56,202 bases of DNA, taken from Parcubacteria group bacterium. GTDB lineage: Bacteria > Patescibacteriota > Minisyncoccia > UBA6257. Positions within the stretch are counted from its first letter, which is position 1. The number at the start of each line of letters is the position of its first letter. Under the pieces are notes generated by a model. It was not told where the DNA came from. It worked only from the letters and a program-made list of their open reading frames with translations, and ran no database searches. The stretch is from the NCBI GenBank assembly GCA_012798235.1, contig JAAZNP010000022.1, forward strand, positions 1-56,202. The letters are read 5' to 3'. A program made the position numbers and the translations under genes. Below are positions 44,155 to 52,671 of the stretch, piece by piece.

Positions 44155-47130
44155 TTATTGTTTGGTAATTCGCACTAAAATAATCTTCCCCTCTACTGAT
44201 ATTTGATCATTTGTGTCTGGTAATTTTTCTGAAAGAGTCAATAGATTTAAAGCCAAAGTTTTTCTTTGAATTTCTTCGCTTTGTTCCTTAATCAAATTTA
44301 GCAAATCGTTTTCTTCGGTAAAGAATTCTATACTAATTGTATCCTGAGGAGTTAATTGTTTATTTTTTCTTAATTCCTGAATTTGACGAATGATCTCCCT
44401 CAATATCCCCTCTTTTATTAAATCCGGGGTTAAAGTGGTGTCGATTTCCATTTCTTCTTTTAAATTAGGGTCAAAAACTATTTCCTTAACATTAATTTCT
44501 TCTTTGAGAATATCTAATAATTGCGAGTAATTTTTAATTTTTGAGTTTTGAGTTTTGAGTTTAAGCGACGCAAGTGGCTGACGAACTTTAATATTGGCTT
44601 TTTGGCGCAAACTTAGAGCCAAGTTAGCAATTGCTCTCGCTTCCTCCATTAAATCTAATAACTCTTTGTTAAGGTATTGGGATTCTACTTCGGGATAATC
44701 AGCTAAATGCACACTGACAGCATCTGTTTTTAATTTTAATTTCTGCCAAAGAGATTCAGCTAGAAAAGGACAAAAAGGAGCTAAAAGCAAACTTAATTCT
44801 TTTAAGACCTTATACAGCACCAGTGATGATTGTTGAAGATGAGCCAAATTTTCTCCTCTTTGGAAAATGGATCGTGAACGCCTAATATACCAATGCGACA
44901 AATCGTCAATGAATTTATTTATTTCTTTAGTCGCTTCATAAATATAATATTTATCCAAATTATTTAATACTTTAATTTTTAATTGCTGTAAATCACTTAA
45001 AATCCATTGATTTAAAATATTTAATTTATCAAAATCTAATGATAAATTTTGCTCACTAATTATTTTTTTATCAGCGTAAGTATCATAAAAAATCAAAACA
45101 TTCCATAAAATATTAAAAACATTTCTTTGAATGGTAATTAAATCATTTTCATTAAATCTTTTTTCTTCACCCGGAGAATTAATAGTATATAAATACCAGC
45201 GAAGAGTATCAGCACCATATTTTTCCATAATTTCTAAAGGTTCTACCACATTGCCTTTGGATTTAGACATTTTCTCTCCTTTTTTATCTAAAATTAAACC
45301 CAAACAAATAACATTTTTGAAAGATGGGCCTAAATCTAATAGGGTTGAAATCGCTAATAAGGTATAAAACCATCCCCGAGTTTGATCAATCGCTTCAGAA
45401 ATGTAATCAGCGGGAAAAGGAATGGTTTTAATCATTTCTGATATTGGCAAATTGCGTTCTTTAAATTGCTCGAAAGGAAAATGATATTGGGCGTAAGGCA
45501 TTGCTCCGGAATCAAACCAGCAATCTAACACTTCTTGGCGTCGAGACATCAAATTGCCACATTTGGGACAGGGAATTTTAATTTGATCCACAAAAGGACG
45601 ATGCAAATCCAAATTATGATTTGTATCTTCGGGTAAATCATGATTAATGGCTTTTTCTCTCAATTCCTCAACAGAACCAATCACTTCATAATGATGACAC
45701 TCATCACATTCCCAAATGGGTAGTGGCGTACCCCAGTAACGATTACGAGAAATAGTCCAATCTTTAATTTCTTTAAGCCATTGGCCAAAACGACCGTATT
45801 TAATATGTTCCGGCACCCAATTAATTAATTCATTATTTTTTAATAAATCTTCCCGTAATTGCGACATCTTGATATACCAAGCTTCAAAAGCAAAATATAA
45901 AAGAGGAGTATGGCAACGCCAACAAAATGGATATTCATGAGTCGTGCCCTTTAAATCACCTTGGTATAACAAATTTCTTTTATTAAGATCGTCAAAAATA
46001 AGAGGATCAATATCTTTAAAAAACTTACCCTGAAGATTCAAATCATTAACGTCAAAAATGACATGGCCTTTATCATCAATATGTTTAATCAGAGCCAATC
46101 CTAATGCATTTTTTAAATTCATATCGTCTTCTCCAAAGGCAGGAGCAATATGCACTAAGCCCGTTCCTTCTTCGGTAGTAATAAAATCAGCAGCTACAAC
46201 CTCATATTGTTTGCCTGAAGATAAAATAAAATCAGTATCTATTTCATATAAAGGTTGGTAATGAAGACCAATTAAATCTGCGCCTTTAATAGTAGTAATT
46301 TTTTCGCCTTTGCCATCAGGTAAATCTTTAAAACTAATCAAATATTCATCATCTACTTTAAAAATTTTGTAATCTAAATTTTTATCAACAGCAATAGCGG
46401 TATTCGCAATTAATGTCCAGGGAGTGGTAGTCCAAACCAAAAGAAAAATTTTTAATTTTAAATTTTCAATTTTTAATGATTTTAATAAAGAACTATTAGG
46501 GTTACTGATTTCAAATTTAATATAAATTGACGGATCTTGAACAGTTTCATAGCCCTGAGCTACTTCATGGCTGGATAAGGGTGTGGAACAACGAGGGCAA
46601 TAAGGCAATACTTTATAGCTTTTGTATAATAATCCTTTTTCATTAATTTGCTTTATTAACCACCAAATAGTTTCAATATAATTATTTTCAAAAGTAATAT
46701 AGGGGTTCTTGGTATCAATCCAATAAGCCATTCTTTTTGTTAATTTTTCCCATTCTTCTTTATATTGCCAAACCGATTCTTTGGCTTTTTGATTAAATTC
46801 TTTAATTCCGTATTTTTCGATATCAGTTTTGTTATAAAAACCTAATGATTTTTCTACCTCTAATTCTACTGGCAGACCATGCGTATCCCAACCTGCTTTG
46901 CGTAAAACCCGAAAACCACGCATTGTTTTATAACGGCAAATAGCATCTTTAAAAGAGCGAGCCAAAACATGATGGATACCTGGTTTACCATTAGCTGTTG
47001 GTGGCCCTTCATAAAAAATAAAGTCCGGTTTTCCTTCCCGATTTTGAATACTTTGTTCAAAAATATTATGTTGAAACCAAAAATCCAAAATCTCCTCTTC
47101 TTTTTTCACAAATTCTAATTCCTTAGCCAT
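44155..47130 (-). CDS. ileS: isoleucyl-tRNA synthetase (type-2-like)
   Basis: Start trimmed to MAKELEFVKKEEEI. PPTANGKPGIHH (HIGH-type), GWDTHGLPVE and KMSKSKGN. There is no C-terminal Zn-finger tail. Confidence 0.93.
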   Translation of the reverse strand: MAKELEFVKKEEEILDFWFQHNIFEQSIQNREGKPDFIFYEGPPTANGKPGIHHVLARSFKDAICRYKTMRGFRVLRKAGWDTHGLPVELEVEKSLGFYNKTDIEKYGIKEFNQKAKESVWQYKEEWEKLTKRMAYWIDTKNPYITFENNYIETIWWLIKQINEKGLLYKSYKVLPYCPRCSTPLSSHEVAQGYETVQDPSIYIKFEISNPNSSLLKSLKIENLKLKIFLLVWTTTPWTLIANTAIAVDKNLDYKIFKVDDEYLISFKDLPDGKGEKITTIKGADLIGLHYQPLYEIDTDFILSSGKQYEVVAADFITTEEGTGLVHIAPAFGEDDMNLKNALGLALIKHIDDKGHVIFDVNDLNLQGKFFKDIDPLIFDDLNKRNLLYQGDLKGTTHEYPFCWRCHTPLLYFAFEAWYIKMSQLREDLLKNNELINWVPEHIKYGRFGQWLKEIKDWTISRNRYWGTPLPIWECDECHHYEVIGSVEELREKAINHDLPEDTNHNLDLHRPFVDQIKIPCPKCGNLMSRRQEVLDCWFDSGAMPYAQYHFPFEQFKERNLPISEMIKTIPFPADYISEAIDQTRGWFYTLLAISTLLDLGPSFKNVICLGLILDKKGEKMSKSKGNVVEPLEIMEKYGADTLRWYLYTINSPGEEKRFNENDLITIQRNVFNILWNVLIFYDTYADKKIISEQNLSLDFDKLNILNQWILSDLQQLKIKVLNNLDKYYIYEATKEINKFIDDLSHWYIRRSRSIFQRGENLAHLQQSSLVLYKVLKELSLLLAPFCPFLAESLWQKLKLKTDAVSVHLADYPEVESQYLNKELLDLMEEARAIANLALSLRQKANIKVRQPLASLKLKTQNSKIKNYSQLLDILKEEINVKEIVFDPNLKEEMEIDTTLTPDLIKEGILREIIRQIQELRKNKQLTPQDTISIEFFTEENDLLNLIKEQSEEIQRKTLALNLLTLSEKLPDTNDQISVEGKIILVRITKQ

Positions 47131-47159
47131 AAAACAATTATTTCTAAATAATAGTAATA

Positions 47160-47168
47160 TGATATAAT
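47160..47168 (+). promoter_or_regulatory. extended -10 promoter (TGaTATAAT) of smpB, giving a very short leader
   Basis: atatGATATAATaaaaagacaattATG. Only 12 nt separate the -10 from the ATG, and there is no Shine-Dalgarno sequence. Confidence 0.45.
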
Positions 47169-47180
47169 AAAAAGACAATT

Positions 47181-47636
47181 ATGACAAGAAAACAACAGGA
47201 ACAGATTCTTCTAACCAATAAAAAAGCCTTATTTGATTATGAAATACTCGAACAATTTGAAGCAGGCATTGTTTTATTAGGAGCTGAAGTAAAATCACTA
47301 AAACAAGGGAAAGCTAATTTAAATGGTGCTTATGTAGTGCTGAAAAATAATGAGGCTTTTCTTTTAAATGCCACTATTTCGCCCTACCAACCCCAAAATA
47401 TGTCTCAATCTTACGATCCCTTAAGAACACGGAAGCTCTTACTGCGTCGTTCAGAACTGAATTACCTTTACTCAAAAAATAAAGAGCGTGGTTTGACTTT
47501 AATACCCCTTAAGGTATATAATAAAAACGGTTTAATCAAAATTCAAATTGCTTTAGTTAGAGGGAAGAAAAAATTTGATAAAAGAGAAACTATAAAAAGA
47601 CGAGAGGAAGAAAGAAGAATCAAAGAAGCATATTAG
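47181..47636 (+). CDS. smpB: SsrA-binding protein SmpB
   Basis: NKKALFDYEILEQFEAGIVLLGAEVKSLK, RTRKLLLRRSEL, basic C-tail. Confidence 0.93.
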   Translation: MTRKQQEQILLTNKKALFDYEILEQFEAGIVLLGAEVKSLKQGKANLNGAYVVLKNNEAFLLNATISPYQPQNMSQSYDPLRTRKLLLRRSELNYLYSKNKERGLTLIPLKVYNKNGLIKIQIALVRGKKKFDKRETIKRREEERRIKEAY

Positions 47637-47678
47637 TCTGTATTCTGTATTCTGTATACAGTATACAGAATACAATAA

Positions 47679-48046
47679 GGGGATGCTCGGATTCGATAAA
47701 AAGGAATTCTTTAATATGCGGGTTGAGGAACTTCGTTAGCTCATTAAAAACGAAGAGGCAATTACATGCCAATCGAAATTTTGCTTATGCTTATGCCTAA
47801 AACATAAGTTAAGCTTCTCCCCTTTTGGGGAATCTCTTTAATGGATTCTCGATAAATTAAAGGGATTTAAACTTCGAGATAGAGATAATCTAGTTTATCC
47901 AGCTATATTATCTTGAAATTTTTTGGATAGTATTAAGAAATGTTTTGTTTAGTTTTAATTCTTAATACTATAAAAACTAAACTACACTCGTAGATTTATT
48001 AAAGATGAACTTTTTAGACGCGAGTTCAACTCTCGCCATCTCCACC
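47679..48046 (+). ncRNA. ssrA: tmRNA (ssrA), one-piece
   Basis: The 5' GGGGATGCTCGGATTCGAT and the 3' GACGCGAGTTCAACTCTCGCCATCTCCACC form the tRNA-like acceptor/T-arm. The tag frame GCC AAT CGA AAT TTT GCT TAT GCT TAT GCC TAA (47768..47800) encodes ANRNFAYAYA. It lies directly downstream of smpB. Confidence 0.9.
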
Positions 48047-48083
48047 CCCACACCCATATAAATAAAATAATTTCATTACTACC

Positions 48084-48560
48084 TTGTTTCCGAATCAAAT
48101 TCGCCTTATTGGCCCAGATGGAAAACTAATCGGAGTTATGCCTTACGAAGAGGCTCTTTTAAAAGCCAAGGAACAGCATTTAGATTTAGTGGAGATCACT
48201 AGAAAAACTACTCCTCCGATTTATAAATTAGGAGATTATACTAAAATCAAATACGAAAAAGAAAAGAAAGAAAAACTTCAAAAATTCAAAGAAAGACAAG
48301 GTGCCCCTAAATCAATAAGAATCGGTTTCAACGAAAGCACGCATGATTTAATGACCAAAGTAAAAAAGATTGAAGAATTTTTAAATGATAATCGCATGGT
48401 AAATATTGAGATGAGACTCCGTGGTCGCGAGAAAACTCATAGCGATTTAGCCAAAACCAAAATAGAAAGCTTTCTTAATCTTATCCCCTCTTCTTATAAA
48501 ATTATTCAACCTTTAAAAAAGTACCCTCAAGGATTTATTATCACTATTAAGAAAAAGTAA
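48084..48560 (+). CDS. infC: translation initiation factor IF-3
   Basis: IRLIGPDGKLIGVMPYEEALLKAKEQHLDLVEI, then the C-domain. The track start is TTG. An in-frame ATT at 48075 is also possible. Confidence 0.9.
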   Translation: MFPNQIRLIGPDGKLIGVMPYEEALLKAKEQHLDLVEITRKTTPPIYKLGDYTKIKYEKEKKEKLQKFKERQGAPKSIRIGFNESTHDLMTKVKKIEEFLNDNRMVNIEMRLRGREKTHSDLAKTKIESFLNLIPSSYKIIQPLKKYPQGFIITIKKK

Positions 48561-48573
48561 TCCCTTAAATAAA

Positions 48574-48750
48574 ATGAGTAAAAATTCTATTAGAAAAAGA
48601 ATTAAAATAACTAAAACAGGCAAAATCCTAAGACGTTGTGCTCATCAGGGGCATAATCAAGCCAAGCAATCTTCTAAAATCAAAAGACGAAGAAAAAAAT
48701 CAATTTTTCTTTCTACCCATACTAAACATATAAAAAGAATTATTTCTTAA
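48574..48750 (+). CDS. rpmI: 50S ribosomal protein L35
   Basis: Own translation (below the track cutoff): MSKNSIRKRIKITKTGKILRRCAHQGHNQAKQSSKIKRRRKKSIFLSTHTKHIKRIIS. It sits in the conserved infC-rpmI-rplT order. Confidence 0.85.
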   Translation: MSKNSIRKRIKITKTGKILRRCAHQGHNQAKQSSKIKRRRKKSIFLSTHTKHIKRIIS

Positions 48751-48755
48751 TTATT

Positions 48756-49103
48756 ATGACTAGAGTTAAAAGAGGTATTATTGCCCATAAAAGAAGAAAA
48801 AACTTGTTAAAACATACCAAGGGTTTTCGTTATGGCCGCAAAACTAAATATCGTGCTGCTAAAGAAGCTTTGCTTCATGCTTGGACCCATGCTTTTAAAG
48901 ACCGTAAAAGAAAAAAGAGAGAGAAAAGACAACTTTGGGATATCAAAATTAATGCGGCAGCTCGAGAATTGGGTTTCAACTATCAAAAAGTTATTACCCA
49001 ATTAATAAAAAATAAAATTAAAATCGACCGTAAAATCTTGGCGGAATTGGCCGAAGCTCACCCTCAGGTATTTAAACAGATAGTTGAAGAAGTAAATCAA
49101 TAA
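48756..49103 (+). CDS. rplT: 50S ribosomal protein L20
   Basis: MTRVKRGIIAHKRRKNLLKHTKGFRYGR ... INAAARELGFNYQ. Confidence 0.93.
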   Translation: MTRVKRGIIAHKRRKNLLKHTKGFRYGRKTKYRAAKEALLHAWTHAFKDRKRKKREKRQLWDIKINAAARELGFNYQKVITQLIKNKIKIDRKILAELAEAHPQVFKQIVEEVNQ

Positions 49104-49116
49104 AATAATGCAATTC

Positions 49117-49143
49117 AAAACCCCTGGATTATCCAGGGGTTTT
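49117..49143. terminator. bidirectional intrinsic terminator between rplT and gene 49147..49791
   Basis: AAAACCCCTGGA-tta-TCCAGGGGTTTT, a perfect 12-bp palindromic stem with A/T runs on both sides. Confidence 0.8.
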
Positions 49144-49146
49144 GAA

Positions 49147-49791
49147 TTAAACCTTAAAAGGAAAATAATATTCGGGTACAGACTTTTTCTTATGAAGAAA
49201 GTATTTTTTAATTGTTAGTAAAACACATAAACTGATGGCTTGGGCAACAGCTACAAAAATAAAAATTAAAGGAAACCCTAAAATTAGAGCCAGAGAACTT
49301 CCAATTAAAATAGCCATGGCCGAACCAAAATTAAAGCCCGTACTATTGAGGGTCCATTCAAAACTGACTCTCTTAGGGTTAATATAGCGAGTAAAGATAG
49401 CGTTCCAAGGAGGCACATAAAGAGCATCGGCAATGCCATAAACAAAGAAAATGAAATATAGTTCTGCTACTGTTTTAGACAACATTAAAGCTAAAGGAAT
49501 TAAAACTTCTAAAAATTGTCCTAATAATAAAGTGAAATAATCATCAGCTTCTCCCTCTACTCGATCTAAATAATTAGAAACAAATAATTGTAACGATCCT
49601 TTTACCACCCAATAAGTAAAATAGCAGAGACCAACAGTCCGGATAGAACTCCCATTAATATTTTGAATCACGTAAATAGCGAAGATAGGATTAATAAAAG
49701 CCCAACCCGTTAAATTTAAAAGGTTATTAATAATGAGTATTTTGGTTACGGGGTGAATTTTCTGTTTTAAAAAATCATAAAATTTAACCAT
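49147..49791 (-). CDS. hypothetical membrane protein (about 6 TM helices, MFS-half-like)
   Basis: ORF track, hydrophobic throughout. The MFS resemblance rests on topology only. Confidence 0.45.
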   Translation of the reverse strand: MVKFYDFLKQKIHPVTKILIINNLLNLTGWAFINPIFAIYVIQNINGSSIRTVGLCYFTYWVVKGSLQLFVSNYLDRVEGEADDYFTLLLGQFLEVLIPLALMLSKTVAELYFIFFVYGIADALYVPPWNAIFTRYINPKRVSFEWTLNSTGFNFGSAMAILIGSSLALILGFPLIFIFVAVAQAISLCVLLTIKKYFLHKKKSVPEYYFPFKV

Positions 49792-49797
49792 AATATA

Positions 49798-52287
49798 TTA
49801 AGTTATTATAAATTTGAATTCATTATCTTGAACCGCGCATTGAATTCGACAGCCCTTAGACAATTCTTGTGTCAAAATTAATTCGGCTAATTTATCTTTA
49901 ATAAAATGCCTAATAACGGCATCAAGAGGACGAGCTCCAAAAATAGGATTATAACCTAATTGCGCTAATTTATTAACTACCGTTTCATCGAAATTCAATT
50001 CTATTTTTTTATTACCCATTATTTCTTGGAGGCCATTTAATTTTATTTTTACTATTTCTCGAAGGTGCTTTTCGGTTAAGGGGCGGAACACTACTACTTC
50101 GTCAAAACGATTGAGCAATTCTGGCTTAAAATAATTGGTTAATTTTTGTTTTAATTGAATGGTTAATTGATTAAAAGCTGTTCCTTTTTCTATTTCTTTT
50201 TTAATAAAATCAGATAAAGCATTGGAGGTAGCAATAATAATAGTGTTAGTAAAATTAATAGTGTCTCCCAAATTATCAGTTAATCTTCCTTCGTCAAAAA
50301 GAGGTAAAAATAAATCCAATACTTTTTGATGGGCCTTCTCAAATTCATCCAAGAGAATTAAAGAAAAGGGCTTGGTTTTAATGGCCTCAGTTAAAGCTCC
50401 GCGAGTAGCTCCTTCGGGATCACCAATAAAGCGAAAAACTCCCCGGGGATCCTGATATTCAGACATATCAAAACGCACCATTGATTTCTCATTACCAAAA
50501 TAAATACGAGTTAAAATTTTTGCCAATTCTGTTTTGCCAACACCCGTTGGCCCAACAAAAAGAAATACGCCAATAGGCTTATTAGGATTGGCTAAACCAG
50601 CTCGATATTGCCGCAAAGCGCCACTGACTAACTTTACTGCTTCTTCCTGGTTAATATATACTTCATGAATATATTTTTCTAAAGTCAAAAGACGCTCTCG
50701 CTCCACTGATTGTGATACTTCTAAGGGAATATTAGTTTTAACACTCACTAAATTAACGATATCTTGTTCAGTTACTAATCTTTCTTTGCGCCGCCTTGCC
50801 CCTTCAATAGCTTCAGTTAATAAAGATTCTGCTGACGAAGGCAAAGGAGTATTAGTTAAGAAACGCTGTGCTAATATCACCGCTCTTTTAATAGCTCGGT
50901 AGCTAACTTGAACTTTAGTTTTGCGATACCAAGAGATTGATTGGAAAGCTAATATTTTAATCGCCTCTTCTGGTGATACTTCGTTAACTTTAATGATTTC
51001 AAAAATATCATTAATACTAGAATCGTGTTCTAAATAAAGATGGTAATCTTCTAAAGTGGTAGTAGCAATAATTGGGGTTGGTGATTCAAATAAGGGTTTC
51101 AAAATTTCGAAAGCACTTACTCCTCCCTCTTGCACAAGCAATTTATAATTATGTAATTGAGGAAGATAAAGTATAATATCGTGATTTAATAAAATTTCAT
51201 GAATAATAGTAGTTAAACGATTGCAAGCCTCAAAAGGAGTTTTTATATCTTTGAACAAAGAAGCAAAGGATAAATTGATTAAGCGATAATCTGATAAAGA
51301 ACGAGGGATATTGTTACGCACTAAATTATAAGCCAAATAAGATACAATTGTTTCTTTGCCAATGCCTGCTGGTCCTACTAGTAAAACATTATGATTGCCA
51401 GGACGATTCAGAATAGTAATTAAATTTTCATATTCTACTAAATGGCCAATCATGATACCGATTTTAAGACGGCTGGCTAATTCTGTAAAATCAACGCTAA
51501 AATTATCTAAAGTAGGTGTTGGCCGTGAAGTCAAAGAACGATTAGCTTTAACTTTTTTGGGTCTAAATACTGATTCCGGAATATCAGTTAACCCTCTAAC
51601 GGGCTCGATATTTTTTTGACGATTAAGCAAATTAATACTCAAGGCAATAGCTAAATCACTTTTCTGGATATCAAACCAATTCAAAATATCTTCAATATTT
51701 TTATCATTGAGATTATATAAAGCCAGCATTAAACTAAAACCAGTAACAGAGCTCTGTTTTAAATTAATAGCTTCAGCTACGGCATGCTCCACAAGATTCA
51801 AAAGAATATCTTGCGTTGGCGCTAATTGCTTGAGAGGATAAGCCGAAATCTTATTTTGCATCTCTTTAATTTTATCTTCGGTTATATCTAAATACCTTAA
51901 AGCAGTAATGATATCGGTTTCCATCAAACAAACCATTAAACAGGCTAAAGGGAAATCTATTTTTTTATTCAAAGATAACTTACGGGCTTCAATTAAAATT
52001 TCCTTTGCTCGAGGAGATAAAAATAAAGCCAAATTAACTTTTTTCTTTTCTAAATAACGACGCTCTAAAGGGAAATCAGAAAAATTCTTTTTAATAAAAA
52101 TGAAAATAAAAAAAATAACAAATAAAATGCCTAAATAAAAATATTTTTGAACTTCCAAGAGAAGAACTAATAGTGATGCCAAAAGACCGCAAAAAATAAA
52201 AGCCTGGAAAATAACACGGTAAAGAAAACGTTTCCATTCCGGCCAAAAAATATAAGGGTCCTTGAAAATAAAAGTTTTAGTCTCCAT
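49798..52287 (-). CDS. membrane-anchored Clp/Hsp100-family AAA+ protein with degenerate first nucleotide-binding domain
   Basis: Start trimmed to METKTFIF, whose ATG shares one base with the upstream stop (TAATG). Two N-terminal TM helices and Clp_N-like repeats. NBD1 has GPAGIGKE instead of GxxGxGKT, and IILYLPQLHN instead of hhhhDE. NBD2 is canonical ([14 protein letters not shown]; LILLDEFEKAH; sensor/ClpB_D2-small GARPL). Confidence 0.7.
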   Translation of the reverse strand: METKTFIFKDPYIFWPEWKRFLYRVIFQAFIFCGLLASLLVLLLEVQKYFYLGILFVIFFIFIFIKKNFSDFPLERRYLEKKKVNLALFLSPRAKEILIEARKLSLNKKIDFPLACLMVCLMETDIITALRYLDITEDKIKEMQNKISAYPLKQLAPTQDILLNLVEHAVAEAINLKQSSVTGFSLMLALYNLNDKNIEDILNWFDIQKSDLAIALSINLLNRQKNIEPVRGLTDIPESVFRPKKVKANRSLTSRPTPTLDNFSVDFTELASRLKIGIMIGHLVEYENLITILNRPGNHNVLLVGPAGIGKETIVSYLAYNLVRNNIPRSLSDYRLINLSFASLFKDIKTPFEACNRLTTIIHEILLNHDIILYLPQLHNYKLLVQEGGVSAFEILKPLFESPTPIIATTTLEDYHLYLEHDSSINDIFEIIKVNEVSPEEAIKILAFQSISWYRKTKVQVSYRAIKRAVILAQRFLTNTPLPSSAESLLTEAIEGARRRKERLVTEQDIVNLVSVKTNIPLEVSQSVERERLLTLEKYIHEVYINQEEAVKLVSGALRQYRAGLANPNKPIGVFLFVGPTGVGKTELAKILTRIYFGNEKSMVRFDMSEYQDPRGVFRFIGDPEGATRGALTEAIKTKPFSLILLDEFEKAHQKVLDLFLPLFDEGRLTDNLGDTINFTNTIIIATSNALSDFIKKEIEKGTAFNQLTIQLKQKLTNYFKPELLNRFDEVVVFRPLTEKHLREIVKIKLNGLQEIMGNKKIELNFDETVVNKLAQLGYNPIFGARPLDAVIRHFIKDKLAELILTQELSKGCRIQCAVQDNEFKFIIT

Positions 52288-52634
52288 TATGGTACGATAA
52301 TTTTTATTAATAAATAAAAAGGCGCTATTATCCAAACTAAATAAAAACACCAAAAAATAAGACTAAAAATTCCTAAAGAAATAGCTCCAATAATAATTTT
52401 AAAAATACGAATAGGAATACTTAACATGTAAGACGCTACAGAATATTCTTGCCATAAAGGCACAAAAAAATAACGAATGCTAACAATAAATGATAAACGC
52501 CTCTCTAAACTAAAAAATAATTGCCAATATAAAGTATTGAAAAAATTAAAACCGCCTCGAAAATAGGTATCAACAAAACTTAAACAATAAAAAGCTAAAC
52601 GTTTGAGAAAATAAATTACGATACTATTAGCCAT
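52287..52634 (-). CDS. hypothetical small membrane protein, translationally coupled to the Clp-like ATPase
   Basis: ORF track. Hydrophobic C-terminal half. Its stop overlaps the ATG of the next gene. Confidence 0.55.
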   Translation of the reverse strand: MANSIVIYFLKRLAFYCLSFVDTYFRGGFNFFNTLYWQLFFSLERRLSFIVSIRYFFVPLWQEYSVASYMLSIPIRIFKIIIGAISLGIFSLIFWCFYLVWIIAPFYLLIKIIVP

Positions 52635-52671
52635 TAATCATATTTTACCACAAAGTGTGTCTCGGCGCACA

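Noticed and set aside
39353-44563. Shared (T)TTTGAG(T/C)TTTGAG repeats at 39353..39386 (trmD 3' end) and 44538..44563 (inside ileS)
   Set aside because: Both are translated in frame as Lys/Thr/Gln/Ser-rich low-complexity peptide (KTQSSKPRTQN and KLKTQNSKIKN). They look like coding simple-sequence expansion, not a mobile or regulatory repeat.
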